Shown: positions 55,651 through 64,000 of the stretch, one piece after another
How the letters are laid out: each line of letters begins with the position of its first letter
Position numbering within the stretch: position 1 is the stretch's first letter
NCBI GenBank assembly: GCA_050575255.1
Contig: JBNZDD010013610.1
Span: 976,366-1,040,365 of the forward strand
Origin: Harriotta raleighana
Lineage: Eukaryota
Reading direction: 5' to 3'
DNA: 64,000 nt
Notes under the pieces: generated by a model
The model's database searches: none
Told to the model about the DNA's origin: nothing
Seen by the model: only the letters and a program-made list of their open reading frames with translations
Position numbers and translations under genes: made by a program

Positions 55651-58600
55651 AACATATTGTCTGAGAAAAACATTCTGCAACTCAATTCACAGACATTTAC
55701 AGTATATTCTGTGAAGCGCTTTGAGATAGCTAGAAGATAAGCGCTACATCAAATGCAAGGATTATTATTATTATCTATTATTATAATCACCACTTTCTAC
55801 TTTATGTAGAGTTGAAATTAATTTAATCTAAAGAAGATTAAATTAAAACAAAGAAAATTGCATGTTAAGATTAAATTAAGTTGAAGAAATATTCCTTAAC
55901 TGACTGGAGTTAGGGAGAGGGCAAAATACTCTAGATTCTACCCTCTGACCCTACCGTATCTCCCCAAACTGATAAATTGTCTGACATTTTAGATGATTGA
56001 CACACTAGTCCTTTATCTTTTAAAAAAAACATAAATTCACCAATACTCATTTTCTTTAAAAAAAACTAAAATTATATAAAATGGCCTAACTTGTGATTTA
56101 AAATTTCAGACAGGACGGTATCGTGGGAAATCCTTACATAAAATCTTAATTTGGTGGTTGGTTCTCTACAGTTTTTAAGAATTTTCCATTGTTCGAGATG
56201 GCTGTATTTTTCAGTCTTAGGGGTTTAAGACCACAAGGAATTTCAGGCTGCTGGTGGCTTAACTGAGGGAGGAATTCAACCACTTAGACATTAATGAAGC
56301 ATTCAAAACTCAGGGCGAGATACATATTTTTCTCTATAAACTCCCAGATTTTCCATTACATCTGAATGAAGAATGAAAGGTCAATACCCACTCCCGTTGA
56401 AAAACAATGGGAACTTTAACTCAATGTTTCTCTCTCTTAGGAGAAGTCAGGTTTTCTATGCGTAGTTAGAATAAGGGTGTGTGTGTATGAACAATGGCTC
56501 TCCAATGACAGAGGCAAATACAACATTGCTTTCTGAGGCCAAAGCAACCCAGACAGCACAAGTGAGACAGTGTTTTTTTATTGACGTCAGGTAAAACAAA
56601 GACATTAAATTACACCCAGTCGTGTTCTAATGCAGAATTTTGCTCTCTGTCTCACATTAATTTTCACTCAAAAGAATTACCTTTTAAAAGCCAAAGACAA
56701 ACACGAGCGGAGAAGAATTAAAATAATAAATAGAATATACAATACTTATATATTTATATCTTTCACTTCAGAAAGATATCCTCAAAGGATATACTGTAAA
56801 AGTGTAGTGACTGTATTTTTATTGTGAGATGTGACATCCGATTCATGCACAATAATCTCCACATATAGCCACGACATGAACGACTAACTTTATTTGGGGG
56901 ATAAATAAATGCACTGAAGTGTCAGCCTAAACTATGAGTTCAAAAGTTCCGAAGTAAGCCATGACCCCACCACCCTCTCACTCAGAGGCGAGAATGCTCC
57001 AAACAGAGCCAGGCTGACACAATAATAAAATATGCAAAAAGTCAACTGTATTACCATATAAAGTCATGGGTGGGCAGAGAATGCCAGTATACAGAGACGA
57101 GTACTGTATAAAGTGATTCAAATCCTGGCCAGTAGCTGCTAACTTTACCAAGCTTGCAACATGTCACGTTCTCACAATTTTTACAGCATTCCAGAGCATT
57201 TTTGATTGATGATTTTTCTCCCTTTCTTCCAACAACAGATAATCTTTCAGTACAGGTGATAAATACTAGATGCTTCCCTTTCGTCTTACAATCTTTAATC
57301 AAATCTCTGATAAGACTTTCTGGTGAAGGGCTAAAACCTAAACTATGTTAAACACACGGAATAACCGGTTGTGCATTTCCATCATTTTTCTGGCTTTATT
57401 TCAGGTCGATTGTTATCCCTACAATTTTTCTTTCCATTCCCTGTTTTGAGGGAAAGTGCTTGAAAATTAAAATGAGTGTAACGAGCGTTAGGATGATGGA
57501 TGGCCAGAACAAATGTGTCAAGAGAGATTTATTGAATCCTCAGAATCTTTGTGTGAGTGTGGTGGGGAGGCAGTCTCCAAGGTATAATGGAGAGAGCTAT
57601 AGTTTACAGATGAGGAGTGTTCTAGACTCATGGAGAGGCTACACTACACGCAGGGTAAGCGAGGTGAAAAAACAAGCAGAGTTCCTGCACGTGGTCCGTC
57701 TACAGCACTCACTACTGGTTCAGCTCACGTGCAGCGGACGGGTCAGGAGAAGTCAGGCTCGGCTGTGACACCCTCTACAATCAAGTGGCTTTGCCGGACT
57801 CACTGCCATTGCTCGCACAATAATGATGACCATTTGACATGGGATGGGGTTGCCAGAGAGTAACCAGAGTCAGAGAACCACATCCCAACAAGAAGAGGCC
57901 AAACCAGGAGCAGAGAGACTCAGAAAATTAGAAAATCAGTACACGACATCTTACAATTTTCTAAAGACCTGCCCTACTTACGGGATTGCTGTAGCAAAAC
58001 AAAAGTACAAGAATTTAAAACCATGGCGCACATAGGGGATTACTTTTATGCATTGCAAATGTTTCCCCCAATAACAAGCATATCCATCAAACACGTCCCA
58101 GATTCAGGCAAAGGCTGCACAAAGTTTACAATACCCTGGGTAAACAAATCCAACTCTCCGAGGCATAATTAATCCAGGCAATGAGACAACTAATCCAAAC
58201 TATCCGACTGTGAGTAAAAAGGGGACTTAAGATCAGGAGCAATGCCAAGCAGGCAACGGACACAAGCTGAGGCACAGTATAAACAGTTGCTCTGTGAAGC
58301 AATAAAATATTTAGTAAACAGCAGACACTTTGGCACAAATAGCCAAGGAGCTTCATACCTCCGGGAACAGAGGAACTGTGCAGATGAGCACCAGGATGCT
58401 CGATGCGAGTGCAGTTACATGAACCAGATGGCCACGCAGGCCGCTCGCTTTCCTGCACATCCTGCAGCCCCACAGATGAAGATGCACCGCTTGGGTTGTA
58501 AGCAAACCGAATCAGGACGTTATGCCAACTATGTGAAGAAATAGCAACAAACGGAAAACAAGAAAAAATATAAATTTGGCTTTATTTTTAAACATTAAAA

Positions 58601-59869
58601 AAATGACACGTGTTATTAGCAGGATACACATCTAAAGTGTTTGCTCCAAACCCTTTGCCAATATTGAAGGAATGTGTTCTGGAGGTTCCTTTAGAAGTTA
58701 AAAGAGCAATCAATGCAAGTGGCATCCAATGCAACCCACCGTAGGACAATGTGATGTGGTTGATGTTGTGCAAAAGGAAGACATTCCTCTTCGACTGGGT
58801 TTATGGTCACCTCCTCCCTGTCCCCTTCTCAGCATCAGGCTCCACAATTCTTAAGCACCGCGAGACATGTGAAGGATACTATATAAATGCAGGTTGTTGT
58901 TGTATTCTTCACCTTCATAAATGGAAAGCAATTTTGATTTGATTCTCTATCGCCTCCAGCGTTCAGACAATAGAAAGGGCAAGTAGACCTTTGAGAAATA
59001 GAGCCCCCCTCCCCTGCTCGAGAGGAAACGCAGGTGTGGGATGACGTGTCCTATTTTCCTGGCTGCCCCTGGGGGCGAGGAGAGGGGGGGTGGGAGGCTT
59101 GGCTGACATCAGTAAGTTATGGTGTCGGAAAAATTACAGGAGGACTCAATGTCCTGCTCTCTCTGCTGATCCATGGTACAGCACAGCTTTCAAACACTCC
59201 AGACCACCCAAATTGAGGAATGTCTCAATCCAAATGGAGAAATGTATTAGAAAAATAAAAATCGCACATTTTCCCCCATTCGCTAACCTCACAAAGATAT
59301 TCTCTTTGGGAGCAACAGGGGGGGTGGGGAGGGGGGGGGAAGGCTGGCGGAGAAGCAAATCCTGTTTCAGTGAAGGTTGTGTTCCACATTTTACAACTTT
59401 ATTAACAGGGCACAGTACATCTGACATTTCACATCATATTCAATGTGATAACACACCAAGCTAGTTATGAAATGTCACAATTTTCACCCTGATGAATGTT
59501 ATCAGAGCCTGCGTTGGTGCTCAAATGAAGATTTACAAATCTCACAAACACAAGATTAGCTGGGCAATTTCACAACCAGATAGAATCTGTGAACTGAAAT
59601 TTTTCTTGTTTTGTCAAACCAAAATGCAGTAACACGCCATCAAAAATCATTCCCAAACAAAAGAAATGCCTTCACCAGATGGGCCTAGTAAGAAAAGGCA
59701 AAACCGAGCTCAGCATTTCACTACACAGATCCAATCACAGCATGCCTGAACAGCAACAACTAGCATTGATATCCAGAATACTGTCTGTTCAGCGCCTTGG
59801 TTTGCCTTCCTGACTTGAAAGGCACTAGACAAATGTAATTTTGTTGTTACCACACTTTTTACACAGGTT

Positions 59870-60105
59870 AGTGTCTCAGAGCTCTGTACAGTGGAGTGGT
59901 TGGGCACTGAGCAGGGGAGAAGAGGAATAGGAGGTGACTTAAAGACCACGAGGAAGGTCTCAGGTTGGGATTGAAAGATACACGAAGTGGAGGTGATGGA
60001 CAGGGATTTGAGACATGGAGTCCCATAGATTAGAGGCTTATTAGCTGAAGGCACAGCTGCCTTTGGTGCAGTGGAGCAGAGGGGTCGGGGAACGAGCAGC
60101 AGGCC
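59870..60105 (-). mobile_element. Older L2-like 3' fragment
   Basis: Remnant resembling AFS...P.LWNSLP on the minus strand; separate L2 tail at 59788-59849 (+). Confidence 0.5.
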
Positions 60106-60608
60106 TGTGTTACATGCAAGAACTGAGTGAACAGTGACATCACTTACGGATATCTCTCAGCGGGAAAAAGAAAGATGTCATGGTTACACAGATGACTTAA
60201 ATAAGTCAGTGCAGACTTCTGACAAGAGGAATGAGAAACAGCTGAGACATTCACAGAAACTACATGGAAAGAAGCAGTGATGGAATGAAAGGAATAATTT
60301 CTCTTCTCGTGAATGTGGTTCCCCTTTAAAAATAGAAGACTCTAAACCTGGTTTCTTGGTGGTGAATGCAAGTCCAAAAGAAAAACGATTGCTTGAATTT
60401 CCAAATTTAATGACACAAAGACGCCACAATAAACTGGCTTCATTGGATCAGTCCAATACCTCATCACTAGCTATTACAAAACTTCACACTAAAGTCCTGT
60501 GAAGCACTCTGAGACAATCAGGGTGGTGGGATAAGGCACTATATCAAATGCAAGGACCATTACATATATGTATCAAACTCAAGCTATGGGCTGCCCTGAT
60601 GGGACACT

Positions 60609-60990
60609 AACAACAACAAAATTTACATTTGCATAGCATCTTCCACATAGGGAGGATGCCCCAAGGCACTGGACAGTGTTTCAGACCAGAGCTGGAGTCG
60701 GGATCAGGGAGGGTGGAGACCAATAGCACAGTCGAAGATGACGGACTTCTAGGGAGGGAGGCGAAGTGGAGGGATTGTGAGATGTAATTCCAAAGGTTGG
60801 GGGCAGAGTGGCTGAAGGCTCGCCCGCCGATTGTGGAGCGGGTGGGTCAGGGGACATGGAGCAGGCCGGAACCAGAGAGTGGAGGTTGGCAGGGGGTTAG
60901 GATGTCGCAGAGGTAGGGTGGGGCAAAGGCCAAGGAGGTGCGGTGTAGGAGAATGGAGTGGTCGACAATGGCAGAGAGATCGAGGACAAC
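60609..60990 (-). mobile_element. L2 LINE 3' fragment
   Basis: (TTG)n tail; reverse-complement homology to 40255-40491 (GCGAGCCTTCAGCCACTCTGCCCCCAACCTTTGGAATT). Confidence 0.75.
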
Positions 60991-62284
60991 AAGAAGGCAG
61001 AGGGAGCCCTCACCACAGATGTTTAGAATGTCAATGTATTTTGAAACGTCACTTGGGCCATCAACCAGATTTTCTACTGCTGACTGCGAGTTAACAGGAT
61101 CCTAATTATGTGGATTTGAACAAGATTGGGTTAAGATGCGATGCTTGACTAAGTCAAACAGCCTGTGAGACAAATACTCATCTAAATGAGTAATCACATT
61201 AACATCTCGTCACTAACTTACTTACTTTGTACACGAAAACCTTCATGTTAGAATTATGGGGTATCAGGGTTAATAATTTAACAAGAGCGCAGAGATTAAA
61301 AATGCTAACTACATTTTCATGTTTTATTGGAAAAAATCATTTTCAGTGGAAATGATGGACAATGGTGAGCTGAGGAACATAAGAGGTAGAGAGTACTCAA
61401 CCTATTTAAAAATATATATATATATATTGTCTTTGGTGCTGCAACCCATCACCATGGAAACTAAATCATGCACTGTTGCTATGGGGACTGTGCAGTGCTG
61501 CTCATCTTTACATGGTAATGATCTATCAGCCGCAAACACTTGAGATACATTTGAGACAAACTGCAGAAAGCAGCGCAGTAAATTTAAATCAAAATAAAGC
61601 CACGCAGAGGATATCCAAATTAACACACCAAGTGCATGTTGCACTCTGTCTCGGTTTGGTATCTCATTCATCTCTGCTCTGTGGCCTGGAGCTCAGGGGA
61701 GTTGCTCACTGATACTTGTTCAGTGCTTATCCAATGCTATCACTATCTTTCAAGTTTGCATACAGCATTTATGTCTCATTAGAGCTCCTTGTGTAGAAAA
61801 TGCCAGCTCCCTTCCACCCAGACATCACTGTGCATCAAAGCAATTTCCGCAAATAGACATCTTTTTACTGATAAAAAAAACCGTGGGTCACATTTTAATT
61901 TTGTTAAATGTTACGGATCAACAGATTTTGTGGGTGGTTGGGGGTGGGGCGGGGGTTTGGGTCAGAGGAAAATTACGACATTTCATGATGTGTTCGAAGT
62001 AAGAATTACCCACAATGAAATTGTTTAGGAAAAGTTGCGATTTTCACCCCATTGAGTTTATTGAGCTCAAGCCTAACAACATAATGAAACATTTCCACGT
62101 TAGATAGTCTCCTTATAGAAAATGAGCAAACAAAACAGTTCAAGAAATTGCAGTTCCCCTTTTAACACCCACTTTGCTTGGTTTATTACCCCATTTTCCA
62201 TCAAAGCTTTGTAACTCTGATAACCTTCCTAGGAAGGATTTGGGCATTGAACATACACCAAGCTTGTGGGGAAGGTGGAACATC

Positions 62285-62590
62285 AGCCTCCTCAGTGGTT
62301 AAGAGCACTCCCTTTACAAGCAAGAGACCTGGGTTCAATTCCAGGCAGGGTGAAATCATGGGAAAGTGTTTTTATTCCACAAGCCAATAATAGTCCCTCA
62401 AAAAAAGCAATAATAATTTGGTCATTCAATTCACGACTGTTTGCTGAGCTGTGCTCAATTGGCTACCACGTTTCGCCCACATATGCACAGTGAATTCACT
62501 TGACAGTATATTCTGTGAAGTGCTATGAGACGTCTAGAAGACGTGAAAAAGCGCTCTATCAAATGCAAGGATTAATATTATTTTATTTAT
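62285..62590 (+). mobile_element. tRNA-derived SINE, near full length
   Basis: CTCAGTGGTT, GGGTTCAATTCC, body and tail homologous to 32601-32910. Confidence 0.82.
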
Positions 62591-64000
62591 AACTCAGCTG
62601 CATTCAGTGACGCAGATTTCAATTTAGATGTCTCATGCTACAGAGCTCAGCCTGACCTGGGGTATGTCAAGCTACGCAGTTGATCTGCAGACATAGGGAA
62701 ATTGGTCAAAAACTCTCAACATTAAACAGGAAATTAATCACGGAAACGTGTTTTTTTTTAAAAAGATTGCTCTGTCTGTTTTATGGAGTACAGATATTGT
62801 ACCATTGTTGTCCTGCATCTGAAACATACCAGCTTTGGCCAGGAACATTCGAGACTTTGGGAGTATTGTTCGGTTGTGAACTGCACCACACCTCCTTCCC
62901 GCCGGAAAAAAAAGCAGTTGATCTCAGCTAAGCAGTTATTGCTGACATGTTTCGTTAATTATTCCTAAATGCATTGTGCTTTTGATCACCTTGGAAAGTA
63001 CAGACGTCACAAGACTCCAAGGCATCCCAAGTGTTCCTTTTAAGTGCTGGATTCAGTCTGTCAGGCTAAGCGTCGGGTACATACGCACACGGTCACGCAT
63101 TAACTATGGACCATTCCACATCCGTTTGTTCGCTTCACCCCCGTCAAACCTCTGCACCCATATGATCCACCCAACAATCCCTGCAGGTGAATGTAATGCC
63201 CTGTAAACCCTGTCAGATTGGCACAGATTCATTGCCCCAATTGCTCATTTCCATCTTGGGCCTCAAGTAAAAACCACTTAACGCAGCGATAAATATCGCC
63301 GCAGTAACTGACGGGTTCTATGTCGATGACATTGGGGCTTGCAATTTCTCCTCCCAGATTGTTGCTTTGAAATAATATTAATTGGCGAAAGGTTTCGGTC
63401 ACAGCAGTTTTCATACTGAGGTCAGTCGTTTTCAGTTCGCTGAACAAAGACAATAGTTGGGACAAAATCACTTGATTAGTTGTTGAGTGGGTCGTCACCA
63501 CAGAAACTGTTGGCAAAGGGTGGGTGGATAGATGGGATGGCAGGAAGGGGAGGTAATAATTTGCAACCCACCACACAAACCCACCGCACCAACTAAAATG
63601 AACTTCCTTTCTGAAGTATAAGAAGAGAAACGAGAAGTGACATTCTTATTACGGTTATTCCATTTTAACCCTTTATGGTTCACCTCCGCAAAGGGCATCA
63701 AAACGCCTGCAACTGGATAGCTGGTTAAATTATGGGCAACCTATGAATATATGGGTATCTTTACTCTGGGATTTTTACACTGGACGAGTTTGGGGGAGCA
63801 TGAGTAGGAGGAAGTGGTTTGAACGATGCAAATAAGACAGTGAAAAAGGTACTCTGCAAAGAGATTGGAAAATACCTAAAAAGGAACATCAAAAAACAAT
63901 TTGTCCTAGAGTTGCAGCTGTCAATCAACTTTTGGTGTGTGTGCTTTTCTTCCCCATGTTTTACATTTTGGGAGTAATTCCTCTATCCAAACTCGTGTCT

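Noticed and set aside
63229-63576. 115-aa ORF in a CpG-retaining patch
   Set aside because: No recognisable homology or convincing splice structure; could be regulatory or repeat-derived but unsupported.

Overview
Vertebrate genomic DNA, most likely a cartilaginous fish (holocephalan/shark-like repeat content; this is inference). The window is dominated by one minus-strand gene, CMIP (c-Maf-inducing protein). I traced 20 consecutive coding exons by hand (numbered 2-21 by analogy to the mammalian gene; 41280 down to the TGA at 3655-3657). All introns are GT-AG and phase-consistent, giving 2067 nt = 688 aa plus stop. A 3'UTR runs to a poly(A) signal at about 1946. Exon 1 lies beyond the right edge, so 41281-64000 is intron 1. 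The introns carry many tRNA-headed and Deu-type SINEs, L2 and CR1 LINE 3' ends, a Tigger/pogo-like MITE, a fold-back element and Penelope-like terminal fragments. Most ORFs in the supplied track are spurious. The best leads are: a minimal type I hammerhead ribozyme core in the sense strand of CMIP intron 3; a candidate internal promoter and non-coding first exon in intron 14 that would give an LRR-only isoform; a candidate coding alternative first exon in intron 2; and a Ser/Asn expansion in exon 10. I found no evidence of a novel multi-gene system.
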